A stretch of DNA of 64,000 nucleotides from an uncultured delta proteobacterium. GTDB taxonomy: Bacteria; Desulfobacterota; Binatia; Binatales; Binataceae. Shown here one piece after another: positions 9,642-19,177 of this stretch. The position numbers were made by a program, and so were the translations under genes. Location: contig CAVRVY010000003.1 of assembly GCA_963724765.1 (NCBI GenBank), positions 1,376,001 to 1,440,000 on the forward strand, read 5' to 3'. Under the pieces are notes generated by a model. It was not told the DNA's origin. It did no database searches and saw only the letters and a program-made list of their open reading frames with translations. Position 1 is the first letter of the stretch. Each line of letters starts with the position of its first letter.

Positions 9642-10313
9642 ATGGGCGGCGAATTCGATACGGCGACCGGCCGATTGCGCGCGTTGCGCGCCGCGATGCT
9701 CGGGTGCGTGCGATGCGCGGCGCTAGTCAAGTGCCGTTCGCAAGTGGTGCCGGGCCACGGCGCCGCGCCAGCGACGGTTGCGTTCGTCGGCTTGGCGCCG
9801 GGACGGCTGGGCGGCGACCGCACCGGAATTCCATTTAGCGGCGACCGTTCGGGAAACCTGCTGCGCCTGATGATCGCTCGCGCCGATCTCGGGCGCGTCT
9901 TCATCACCAACGTGGTCCGATGCAATCCGCGCGACGGGCGCGGGCGCAACCGCGATCCCAGCGCGCGCGAGATCGCCAACTGCCGCGACCACCTGGCGGC
10001 CGAGCTCGCCGCAGTCCGTCCGCGGGTCGTCGTCTGCCTGGGAGCCGTGGCCTGGCGCGAGATGGCCGGGAGCGAGGCGCCATTTCGGCCGCACTGCCGT
10101 GTCGCACGCAGCAACGGCGGCGTAATGCTATATCCGATGTATCATCCGGCTTACGTTGTGCGCGGCGCTTACCCGGTACAGGCGTATGTGCGGGATTTCT
10201 TGCGGCTTGCGCGTTTGCTTGGCACACTGGCGCCGCGCAGGCGCACCAATACGTCGTTATCGGAGCAGTGCCCTGCGCCAGTAAAACCGCATACCGACTT
10301 GGGAATGAGTTGA
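9642..10313 (+). CDS. Uracil-DNA glycosylase, family 4/5 ([4Fe-4S] type)
   Basis: CVRC..L...R, VGLAPG..GGDRTGIPFSGDRSG, ITNVVRC.P, MYHP. Confidence 0.88.
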   Translation: MGGEFDTATGRLRALRAAMLGCVRCAALVKCRSQVVPGHGAAPATVAFVGLAPGRLGGDRTGIPFSGDRSGNLLRLMIARADLGRVFITNVVRCNPRDGRGRNRDPSAREIANCRDHLAAELAAVRPRVVVCLGAVAWREMAGSEAPFRPHCRVARSNGGVMLYPMYHPAYVVRGAYPVQAYVRDFLRLARLLGTLAPRRRTNTSLSEQCPAPVKPHTDLGMS

Positions 10314-10521
10314 AGTCTTCACCACCCTCTGGATTGGACGCCGGGCGGCGCGGATGTCGCTCGAGGCTCCGGGCCGGATGGTTGAAGCAGTCAGTTTTCC
10401 GCGTCCAGCCCATGCGGCCTGGGCCGGGACGAGGTCGGCATCTATATGTAGTCCGGCGACGTGACGAGCGCGGCGCAGTTAGCCATTCGCGCCATCGATG
10501 CGTCCATCCCGCCGGGTCTCT

Positions 10522-10824
10522 CTAGCGGTCCCGTCCGCCGCCGCCACCACCGGGGCGCCGCTCGCGATCGTTTCCGCTGCGAGCCTGCGCCTCGTTGACG
10601 CGAATCGGGCGTCCCTTAATGTCTCTGCCGTTGAGCTTTTTGATCGCCGCCTCCGCGGCATCATCCGAGGCCATCTCGACAAAGCCGAAACCGCGTGACC
10701 GATTGGTCGCACGATCGATGATGACCTGGGAACTGTCTACCTTACCCGCCTCGGAAAACGCATCCTGCAGGTCCTGATCTGTGACAGTCCAAGCTAGATT
10801 CCCCACATACAGTCTACGGCCCAT
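10522..10824 (-). CDS. RRM (RNP-1) RNA-binding protein with Gly/Arg tail
   Basis: LYVGNL (RNP2), RGFGFVEM (RNP1); AGGAG SD upstream. Confidence 0.95.
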   Translation of the reverse strand: MGRRLYVGNLAWTVTDQDLQDAFSEAGKVDSSQVIIDRATNRSRGFGFVEMASDDAAEAAIKKLNGRDIKGRPIRVNEAQARSGNDRERRPGGGGGGRDR

Positions 10825-11626
10825 TCAGAATTCTCCTGCTCACCTTTGACGCCAGATGCTAAGCGCGTCGCACGATCCTTGCGCCTGTCTCCTCGCACAA
10901 TGCCGACCGAAATCCTCCCGATAGACATTCCAAAAGCGAACTATCGTGACGCACGATACGTCCAAAATAGCGTAATTTTTATACCATCGAGTCATGTATA
11001 AGCATAGGGTTGCCAGAATATAGCAGTTACAAGCAGTGTGTTGCTTTAAGATGCTTTATCGTTGCGAAATCGAGCCTCCGCAAACCGCAGCCGAGGCTTT
11101 CTGACTCTCACAATTGCCATCTGAAGTTTAAAAGAGTCGTCGAAGCGTCCGGTCGAAATCCCACACTTTGTTCGACACGCCGGTATTCAACAAGCTCGAG
11201 CGCATAGGGGGTGCTAGAAACCCAAACCGGGACCAGACCTGGCAACTCAATGTCATTTGCAGGCACGCGATGCCGGCGCAAATAATCAAAAAGAGACATC
11301 GGTACGATCGTGAGTATGCGGCGATGCGGTAGTCGTGCGGCCACGATCAGAGCGGAGCCAATTTGGTCACCAGTGGCGAGCCGAAACTGATTTTCACCTG
11401 ATTTTTCATCTTATATACGCGGCACAAGTAACCATCCAGCGCGAGTATTTCCTAATGCTCTGCACAAGTAACACCTGGCGCAAGCATTGGTGATAGCCAT
11501 GAACTACTAAACTCTGTTAGTATCATCAGGTAAGTTCGGCAAAGTGCTTGTGGATCAGAGGTTCGTTGTGTAGCGTAATAGCGCTTTAATTTCTGCCGAA
11601 ACTCATTTAGCCAAGGAGACTACTGG

Positions 11627-12040
11627 ATGCCACGAACGAAAGGCTCCGCATCGACCGCGTCCGCAATCCGCCAGGTGCAGCGCCAGGCCGGCTCAGTGCT
11701 GGCCAAGTTGCGCAAGGATATTCACGCCAAGGAGATCGAACTCGCACGCCTCAAGCGTGACGAGGAAGCGCTGGGTCGGCTTGCCGGACGTGGCGGCGCG
11801 CGTGGCGGTGTCGCGCGTGGACCGCGGGAGACGGATGGCGCAGGTGGAGGCGGCGGCGGCGGGCGAATCAACTGGCGCAGCGTGCTTGCGCAGTTGCCCA
11901 AACAGTTCAAAGCCTCCAACGTTCGCCAAGTGCGTGGGCTCAAGGAAAAGCGCCCGTCAGAAATCTTTGCCGCGATCACGCGCTGGATCGATGCTGGATT
12001 GGCCAAGCGCAAGACTCGCGGGCTTTACGAAAAAGCCTAG
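11627..12040 (+). CDS. Hypothetical basic protein (coiled-coil, Gly linker, putative winged-helix)
   Basis: AAGGAG SD; heptad-like N-terminal helix; poly-Gly linker; C-terminal AAITRWIDAGLAKRKTRGLY resembles a wHTH recognition helix plus wing. Confidence 0.7.
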   Translation: MPRTKGSASTASAIRQVQRQAGSVLAKLRKDIHAKEIELARLKRDEEALGRLAGRGGARGGVARGPRETDGAGGGGGGGRINWRSVLAQLPKQFKASNVRQVRGLKEKRPSEIFAAITRWIDAGLAKRKTRGLYEKA

Positions 12041-12278
12041 CGCGCGCGCCGCATCGGCCAGTCCGCATCGCGCTCCGCCGCAGGGCAGGAGTTATTGCGG
12101 GGGAGCTATCCTGTAGCGCCCCGGTTGCGACACTGCCACCGCGAACGCAATGAAGTTACCCGGCACGCGGAAATATCTACTTTCACCGCGCCGCGGAGGC
12201 TCGTGCGAAAATCGGTGTGCAAATGCGTGCAAGCGTCCGGCGAACTATTCGTGCGCGACTGACTTCGGCTGATTCGAC

Positions 12279-13313
12279 ATGGCAGTAAGAACCATCGAGT
12301 GGCGCAATGATACGGTGCGCATGATCGACCAGCGCCTGCTGCCGGCGCGCGAAGTCATCCGCGTATACCGCGATTGGCGCGGCGTCGCGGAGGCGATCCG
12401 CACGATGGTGATTCGGGGCGCGCCCGCGATCGGTGTCGCGGCTGCGATGGGTGTGGCGCTGGGGATGCGCGGTCTCAACGGCGCGCGAGCCCGCGCGCGG
12501 TTCGCCCAGGTTGCCAAGGGCCTCTGCGCAACGCGGCCCACCGCGGTCAACCTGGCCTGGGCGGTAGAGCGGATGGGCCGGGTGGTCGAGCGCGGCCTCA
12601 AGCTCGACGCGCCGCATCTTTTCCGAAGCCTGCGCGACGAGGCGCTGGCCATATACGAGGAAGACCTCGCCGCCAATCGTGCGCTGGGCCGCTTCGGCGC
12701 GACGCTGCTCGCCGACCCTTCGACGGTGCTCACCCATTGCAATGCCGGAGCGCTGGCCACGGCAGGCTACGGCACCGCGCTGGGCGTGGTGCGCGCCGCG
12801 CGCGAGGCGGGCAAGAAGATCGCGGTCGTCGCCGACGAGACGCGGCCTTTCATGCAGGGCGCGCGCCTGACCGCATGGGAGTTGCACAAGGACCGCATCC
12901 CGGTGACGGTCATCGCCGACAACATGGCGGCGAGCGTGCTCCGCAGCGGAGGCGTGAGTTGTGTGGTGGTCGGCACCGATCGCACGGCGGCCAACGGCGA
13001 CGTCGCCAACAAGATCGGCACTTATCCGCTGGCTGTGATGGCTAAGCGCCACGGCGTGCCATTTTACGTTGCGGCGCCACTGTCGTCGATCGATCTCAAT
13101 TGTCCAAGCGGCGCCGAAATTCCGATCGAGCAACGATCGGCTAGCGAAATAACTCATCTCGGCGGCGAGCAGATCACACCCCGAGGCGTCAAAGTCTTCA
13201 ATCCCGCCTTCGACGTAACGCCGGCCGAGTTGGTAACCGCGATCATCACCGAACGCGGAATTGCCTATCCGCCATATGTGAAGAGCCTGGCCGCGCTCAA
13301 ACGCGAGACCTGA
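12279..13313 (+). CDS. mtnA: S-methyl-5-thioribose-1-phosphate isomerase
   Basis: IDQRLLP, IRGAPAIG, TRPTAVNL, THCNAGALATAGYGTALG, ETRPFMQGARLT, NPAFDVTP. Confidence 0.96.
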   Translation: MAVRTIEWRNDTVRMIDQRLLPAREVIRVYRDWRGVAEAIRTMVIRGAPAIGVAAAMGVALGMRGLNGARARARFAQVAKGLCATRPTAVNLAWAVERMGRVVERGLKLDAPHLFRSLRDEALAIYEEDLAANRALGRFGATLLADPSTVLTHCNAGALATAGYGTALGVVRAAREAGKKIAVVADETRPFMQGARLTAWELHKDRIPVTVIADNMAASVLRSGGVSCVVVGTDRTAANGDVANKIGTYPLAVMAKRHGVPFYVAAPLSSIDLNCPSGAEIPIEQRSASEITHLGGEQITPRGVKVFNPAFDVTPAELVTAIITERGIAYPPYVKSLAALKRET

Positions 13314-13533
13314 TTCGAGCGTGGCGCGCGGCGGTAAGGCCACCCGGCAGGCGCAATCGACGACGCGGAGTTCCGAACCTCAACCAGTATTCTCGCTTCT
13401 TCATCATAAGCCGGAAATGTTACATGGTGAGCCGTCGCTTCATGGTCGTCTTGCCGATCAAACATAGGTACTCGGGGCTGGTGAACAAGGTGCAAGCTCT
13501 GAGATAAGCACCAAGTCAGGCAAGTCATCCTGG

Positions 13534-14340
13534 TCAGGCGCGCCAGCCGACCGCCTGCGCGAGTCCATCGCCCAGCAGGTTGAACCCCAACACCGAAGCC
13601 CCAATCGCAACGCCCGGCGCGGTAGTCAAATGCGGCGCAACGAGCAGGAATGCACGTCCGGTATCGAGCATGTTGCCCCAGCTCGGCGCGGGCGGCAGCG
13701 CTCCCAGCCCCAGGAACGAGAGTGCGGCCTCGGCGATGATGATTCCACCGACGCCGAAGGTCGCCTGCACTGCGACCGGGCCGGCCAGGCCGGGCAGCAG
13801 ATGGCGGAACAGCAGACGGCTGGGCGACGCACCCAGCGCGCGGGCCGCCTCAACGTATTCGCGTTCGCGCAGCGATAGCACTTCGCCGCGAACCAGCCTC
13901 GCGTAGCCAGTCCATCCCATCGCAGTCAGCGCCACAACCAGGTCGATGAGACCGGGGCCAAGAATTGCGGCGAGCGCAATCGCGAGCAGAAAGCCGGGGA
14001 ACGCCAGCACGATATCGACCAGGCGCATCACGATCGAATCGACGCGCCCGCCCGCCAGCGCCGCACCGCCGCCAATGATGCTGCCCGCGGCGAGCGAGAG
14101 CGCCACCACCGTGGTCGAGACCACCAGCGACAGCCGCGCTCCCCACAGCACGCGGGCCAGCATGTCGCGTCCGAGCGCGTCGCATCCGAGCCAATGGCCG
14201 CGGCCGGGCGGCGCAAGCACCTGCGTTAGATCGATCGCGAACGGGTCTGTGTGCACCAGGAGCGGGCCCAACGCGGCCGCCATCGCGATCACCGCGACGA
14301 TCGCGCAGCCCGCGATCAGGGAGGGATTGCGCCGCGCCAT
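13534..14340 (-). CDS. Peptide/nickel ABC transporter permease (DppC/OppC)
   Basis: HWLGCDALGRD, EAA loop EYVEAARALGAS, LSFLGLG..PSWG. Confidence 0.92.
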   Translation of the reverse strand: MARRNPSLIAGCAIVAVIAMAAALGPLLVHTDPFAIDLTQVLAPPGRGHWLGCDALGRDMLARVLWGARLSLVVSTTVVALSLAAGSIIGGGAALAGGRVDSIVMRLVDIVLAFPGFLLAIALAAILGPGLIDLVVALTAMGWTGYARLVRGEVLSLREREYVEAARALGASPSRLLFRHLLPGLAGPVAVQATFGVGGIIIAEAALSFLGLGALPPAPSWGNMLDTGRAFLLVAPHLTTAPGVAIGASVLGFNLLGDGLAQAVGWRA

Positions 14341-14410
14341 TCTTCATTCCTCCGCAACGCGCATTCATCCGCGGCTTGCGTATGCGTCGCCATCCGCATT
14401 GCGAATGCCA

Positions 14411-15337
14411 CTAAACGCGGATGAGGCGAATCCGCGGGTCCACCATGCTGTAGACCAGGTCGGTAGCCATATTGACCAGTACGTAACTCAGCGCGAAGGT
14501 GAGTACGCAACCTTCGACCAGCGGATAATCGCGCGCGTTTATCGCGGCCATTAGCAAGCGCCCCATCCCGGGCCACGAGAAGATCATCTCGGTAACGATC
14601 GCGCCGGTCAGCAGCGCGCCGGTCTCCAGTCCGAGCAGCGTGATCAGCGGTGTGAGCGCGTTGCGCAGTCCGTGGCGCATCAGCGCGGCGAACGCGCTCA
14701 GTCCCTTGCTGCGCGCGGTGCGGATATAGTCGGCCTCGCGCACCTGGACCAGACTCTGGCGCAGCATCCGCGCCAGGATCGCCGCCAGCGCCGTCCCCAG
14801 CGTCATCGCCGGCAGCACCAGGTGCGCCAGGCCGCCGCGTCCGGTCAACGGAAACCATCCGAGATCGAGTGAGAAGACGATCATCATAAGCGGGCCGAGA
14901 TAGAGATGAGGTACGGAGATACCGAGGATCGCAAAGCCCATCGCGCCCATGTCGGCGGCGCCGCCGGGATTGGCGCCTGCGATGAGGCCGAGCGGTAAGG
15001 CGAGCACGATCGCGACCAGCAATCCGGCGCCCGCCAACTCCAGCGTCGCCGGGAACCGTTCGGCGATTAGCCGTACAACCGGTTCTTTCATCGAAATCGA
15101 TTCGCCGAGGTCGCCATGCGCAAGACCCCATAGGAAACCGGCATACTGCGCGGCAATTGGACGGTCGAGCCCCAACTCATGGCGCAGCCCTTCGATATCC
15201 GCGGGCCCCGCGGTGTCGCCAAGCATCGCGACCACCGGATCGCCGGGCACCAGGTGGATGAGCGCGAAGGTCAGCGTCGCGACGCCCAGCGCGACCGGAA
15301 CGAGCGCGATGAGGCGGCGGACGAAGTACCCAATCAC
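14411..15337 (-). CDS. Peptide/nickel ABC transporter permease (DppB/OppB)
   Basis: PGDP, LGLDRP..QY, DYIRTARSKGL, RDYPLV, DPRIR; GTG start overlaps the stop of the binding-protein gene. Confidence 0.92.
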   Translation of the reverse strand: MIGYFVRRLIALVPVALGVATLTFALIHLVPGDPVVAMLGDTAGPADIEGLRHELGLDRPIAAQYAGFLWGLAHGDLGESISMKEPVVRLIAERFPATLELAGAGLLVAIVLALPLGLIAGANPGGAADMGAMGFAILGISVPHLYLGPLMMIVFSLDLGWFPLTGRGGLAHLVLPAMTLGTALAAILARMLRQSLVQVREADYIRTARSKGLSAFAALMRHGLRNALTPLITLLGLETGALLTGAIVTEMIFSWPGMGRLLMAAINARDYPLVEGCVLTFALSYVLVNMATDLVYSMVDPRIRLIRV

Positions 15338-16938
15338 CTGCGCGCGCTCCCTGTTTCCGGCGTCAGCGAGACGGTGGCGAGCGAGCGCAAGCTGCCGCTG
15401 GGAAAGGGCGTGAAACCCTTGACGCGGCGATTCATCACTACCACGTTGTCGATCCACCACAATGACACGTATGGCAGGTCGGTGGCGGCGATCTGCTGCA
15501 CCTGCGCATAGATCTCGCGGCGCGCGCCGGGGTCGAGCGTCACCTCGGCCTGCTCCAGCAGACGGTCCATCGCGGGGTTCGAGTAGCCACCGCGGTTGGA
15601 GCCGTTGGGCGGAGTCATTTTGGAATCGAACACCATTGAGTACTGATGCGTCAGGTCGGTCGCGACCCAGTCGAGCGAGGTCAAATCGAAATTGCCTTTC
15701 TGGATATCGCTGTAAAATGTCGCGAACTCATTAGTCCTGATATCGAGTGTGATTCCGATCCGCCGCAGCATCGCCTGCATCGCTTCGCCAAGCCGCCGTC
15801 CCTCGGGCGTGGTCTTGTAGACGAACTTCAGGTCGCGCACCCCCGTCGGTCCGATTGGATAGCCGGCCTCGTCTAGCAGCTTGGAAGCCTTGAACGGATC
15901 ATACGGATAGCGCTGCACGCTGCCGTTGTAAGCCCAATTCTCGGGCGCGAGCATCCCGCTCGCCACCCGTCCGGTGCCTTTGTATAGCGAGCCGATGATT
16001 GCCTCGCGGTTGATTGCATAGGCAATCGCCTGGCGCACGCGAAGGTCGCGCAAATGCGGATCGCGGAAGTTAAACTCCAAATAGTAATATTCGCTGCCCG
16101 GCGACTGATCGATTATCAGCTCGGGCCGCATCCCGAGATAGCCGAGCAGGTCGGGTTGAATATTGTTCTCGGCCAGGTCGCAGATGCCCTCGGCCAGTTC
16201 CAACGCGCGGACCGTCGGATCGGGCACCACCCTGAACACGATTCCGGGAACGTCGCCCGGCGCGTGCGTGCGGGCCGGGTTGCGCGTCAGCACTAGCGCC
16301 TCGTCGCGCGAGAAGCTCGCGATCTCGAAAGCGCCGCTGGCGGCCGGCCATCGCTGGGCGCCCTTGCCGGGCAAAGGCGTCCCCTCAGGCACCACGCCCA
16401 TGGTCGCCATCTCCAGCGCCGGCGCGTACGGCCCCTTGGTTGTCATCACGATCGTGGTGTCGTTGGGCGCGGCGATCGCGGCGAGCTGCCGCAGGCCGAT
16501 ACGCTTGGGCGAGATGCTGGCGGGATCAAGAATCGAATCGTATGTATATTTGACGTCGCGAGCGGTGAGCGGCCGCCCGTCGCTGAAGCGCAGGCCGCGG
16601 CGCAGATGGAAAACCAGCGTGGTCGGCGATGGCCGCTCGAAACTTTCGGCCAGGTTGCCGAAAAATTGTCCATGCGCATCGAGCCTGACCAGCGCATCGA
16701 AGACCAGTTCGCCGGTGCGCGAGGAAATCGCGTCGGTCGCAAACCGCGGGTCGAGCGCAATGGGCGAGGTTTCAAGATCAACCTGGAGATAGCCCGATGG
16801 AACCGCCAGCGCCGCGCGATGGCGGCGGCCAACCGTCCAGACGAAGGCGGCCGCGACGAGCGCAATCACCACGGCCACACGGCCAAGAGCGAAGATCGCA
16901 CCCGGCCAGGATGCCTGCCTGCTCGTCGTCTCGCTCAT
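15334..16938 (-). CDS. ABC transporter substrate-binding protein, family 5
   Basis: N-terminal TM helix, LDPRFATD, FHLRRGLRFSDGRPLTARDVKYT, VRQAIAYAINR. Confidence 0.92.
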   Translation of the reverse strand: MSETTSRQASWPGAIFALGRVAVVIALVAAAFVWTVGRRHRAALAVPSGYLQVDLETSPIALDPRFATDAISSRTGELVFDALVRLDAHGQFFGNLAESFERPSPTTLVFHLRRGLRFSDGRPLTARDVKYTYDSILDPASISPKRIGLRQLAAIAAPNDTTIVMTTKGPYAPALEMATMGVVPEGTPLPGKGAQRWPAASGAFEIASFSRDEALVLTRNPARTHAPGDVPGIVFRVVPDPTVRALELAEGICDLAENNIQPDLLGYLGMRPELIIDQSPGSEYYYLEFNFRDPHLRDLRVRQAIAYAINREAIIGSLYKGTGRVASGMLAPENWAYNGSVQRYPYDPFKASKLLDEAGYPIGPTGVRDLKFVYKTTPEGRRLGEAMQAMLRRIGITLDIRTNEFATFYSDIQKGNFDLTSLDWVATDLTHQYSMVFDSKMTPPNGSNRGGYSNPAMDRLLEQAEVTLDPGARREIYAQVQQIAATDLPYVSLWWIDNVVVMNRRVKGFTPFPSGSLRSLATVSLTPETGSARR

Positions 16939-17030
16939 CGGGTGCGCCGTGATAATAGCACAAGCGCGGCGCGCGTCAGCCGGCGGCGATAGGAGAATGC
17001 GTCGCGGTAGAATATTCGGAGGATACGCAT

Positions 17031-17555
17031 ATGGATCAGGGATGGCGCTCCGCAATCGTGCTGCGCAAGGGCGACCTGACCGAAGCGCCGGTCGACGCGA
17101 TCGTCAACGCGGCCAATAACGATCTGATCCTGGGCGGCGGCGTGGCCGGTGCGATCCGCGCCAAGGGCGGGCCGTCGATCCAGGCCGAATGCGACAAGCT
17201 CGGACCGATCCCGATCGGCGAGGCGGCGTTAACCGGGGCCGGCAAGCTGCCGGCGCGCTACGTTATCCACGCGGCCTCGATGCGGCTTGGCGGGCGCACG
17301 AGCGAGGCGGCGCTGCGCGACGCGACGCGCAATTCGCTGAAGCGCGCGGCCGAACACGGGCTCCAGTCGGTCGCCTTCCCGGCGATCGGCACCGGGATTG
17401 CCGGTTTTCCGATCGAGCGATGCGCCATGGTGATGCTGGAGGAGATTCGCGACCATCTGCGTGGGACGACGGCGCTTGAACGGGTCGAGTTGGTGTTGTT
17501 CGACGAGCGTGGGCTCGGCGCCTTCCAGGACGCGCTCGCAAAGATGGCCGACTAG
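17031..17555 (+). CDS. Macro-domain protein (YmdB-like ADP-ribose hydrolase)
   Basis: [40 protein letters not shown]. Confidence 0.93.
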   Translation: MDQGWRSAIVLRKGDLTEAPVDAIVNAANNDLILGGGVAGAIRAKGGPSIQAECDKLGPIPIGEAALTGAGKLPARYVIHAASMRLGGRTSEAALRDATRNSLKRAAEHGLQSVAFPAIGTGIAGFPIERCAMVMLEEIRDHLRGTTALERVELVLFDERGLGAFQDALAKMAD

Positions 17556-17566
17556 GGCATTTTCGC

Positions 17567-19168
17567 CTAGTGCGCGGCGGCGGAGCCGCCCGCGCTGTGG
17601 CCTCTGCGCAGGAACAGAAAGCCCGGGATCATCAGTGCCATCACCACCGCGAGGATCCGGTAGATGTCGTTGAAGGAGAGGATCGCGGCCTGCGCCTGTA
17701 TCGCGTTGTAGATAATGCCGAACGACTGATGCTGTCCGCCTATCATTTGCGGCAGGTAGTGGAAGGACGGCGCGCCCGGCATGCGCGGCGCGCGCTCACT
17801 GAGCTTCCACGCGTCGAAGACCGAGAGATGCTCGGCCAGGCGCGACTGATGAATCTGTTCGTGGTCGACCAGCATCGTGGTCATGTAGGCGATTCCGATC
17901 GCGGCGCCCGTGTTGCGCATCATGTTGTAGAGGCTCGCGGCGTAGCCGATTTTCTCGCGTGCCACGACCGACAGCGAGCTCGCCGAGAGCGTTGGAAAGA
18001 TCATTCCCATGCCGAGACCCATCACCACGCTCGGGATGACGACGACCCACAGGCTGACCTGGAGATTCCAGCCGGACATTGTCCACAGACCGACCGTCAT
18101 CAGGATGAAGCCCACGCCGACCAGCGAGCGCGTGTCGAAGCCCCGGCGCGCAATCTGCCCGACCACCACCATCGACAGCATCGTCGCAAGCCCGCGCGGG
18201 GCCAGCACCAGCCCGGCCTTCCAGGCCGTGTAGCCCATGAACTCCTGCAGGAATATCGGCATCAGCAGGCCGGTGCCGTAGAGCACCGAACTCATCGCGA
18301 CAATCAATAGCAGCCCGACGCTGAAGACCTTTATCTTGAGAATCCGCAGATCGAGAATCGGGTCGGCGATGCGCAGCTCGTTGATCGCGAGAATGATCAG
18401 GGCAGCTGCGCTCAGCAGGCTGGTCCATACCACCCAGGACGAGGCGAACCAGTCGGCGCGCTGGCCGCGGTCGAGCACGATTTGCATCGCGCCCAGCCCC
18501 ACCACCAGGCAGGCGATGCCCACGTAGTCGACCCTGGCGCCGCGCGCCCGATGCTGACGCAGGAAGGCGGGATCCTGTACGAACGCCGAGACCATCAGGA
18601 AGGCGACGATTCCGATCGGCACGTTGATATAGAAATTCCAGCGCCAGTTCCAGTTGTCGGTGATCCAGCCGCCCAGCGTCGGTCCCATGATCGGCGCGAC
18701 CATCAGGCCCACGCCCCACGTCGCCATCGCGAGCTGCTGCTCGGCCGGCGGAAATGTCTCCATCAGGATGGCCTGCGACGACGGCACCATCGCGGCCCCC
18801 GCCGCACCCTGGATCAGTCTGAAGACCACCATCTGGTCGAGCGATGCGGCCGCGCCGCATAGCGCCGAGGCGACCACGAAAACCGATACCGACATTAGGA
18901 AGTAGCGTTTGCGGCCAAAGCGCGACGAGATCCATCCGGTCATCGGGATCATGATGCCGTTGGCGACCAGGTAGCTGGTCAGCACCCACGCGATCTCGTC
19001 GACGCTGGCCGAAAAGCTGCCTTGCATGTGCGGCAGCGAGACGTTGACGATCGAGGTATCGAGCACCTCGAGTGTGGTGCCTAGCATCACGGCCAGCGCG
19101 ACCAGCCATTTGTACGAGGGTGTAGCCGGCTCGGCGTGCGCCGAGCCAATCGGTACTGCGGCTTCCAT
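17567..19168 (-). CDS. DHA2 (EmrB/QacA) MFS efflux permease, paralog 2
   Basis: LEVLDTSIVNVSLPHM, WVLTSYL, RFGRKRYF, APIMGPTLGGWITDNWNWRWNFYINVPIG. Confidence 0.93.
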   Translation of the reverse strand: MEAAVPIGSAHAEPATPSYKWLVALAVMLGTTLEVLDTSIVNVSLPHMQGSFSASVDEIAWVLTSYLVANGIMIPMTGWISSRFGRKRYFLMSVSVFVVASALCGAAASLDQMVVFRLIQGAAGAAMVPSSQAILMETFPPAEQQLAMATWGVGLMVAPIMGPTLGGWITDNWNWRWNFYINVPIGIVAFLMVSAFVQDPAFLRQHRARGARVDYVGIACLVVGLGAMQIVLDRGQRADWFASSWVVWTSLLSAAALIILAINELRIADPILDLRILKIKVFSVGLLLIVAMSSVLYGTGLLMPIFLQEFMGYTAWKAGLVLAPRGLATMLSMVVVGQIARRGFDTRSLVGVGFILMTVGLWTMSGWNLQVSLWVVVIPSVVMGLGMGMIFPTLSASSLSVVAREKIGYAASLYNMMRNTGAAIGIAYMTTMLVDHEQIHQSRLAEHLSVFDAWKLSERAPRMPGAPSFHYLPQMIGGQHQSFGIIYNAIQAQAAILSFNDIYRILAVVMALMIPGFLFLRRGHSAGGSAAAH

Positions 19169-19177
19169 CCGACGGCG

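Noticed and set aside
11108-11344. 78-aa minus-strand ORF ending LLNFRWQL
   Set aside because: No clear SD, atypical codon use and no recognisable family.
13314-13533. Lower-GC gap between mtnA and the dppC-like gene as an ncRNA or gene remnant
   Set aside because: No recognisable structure or protein motif.
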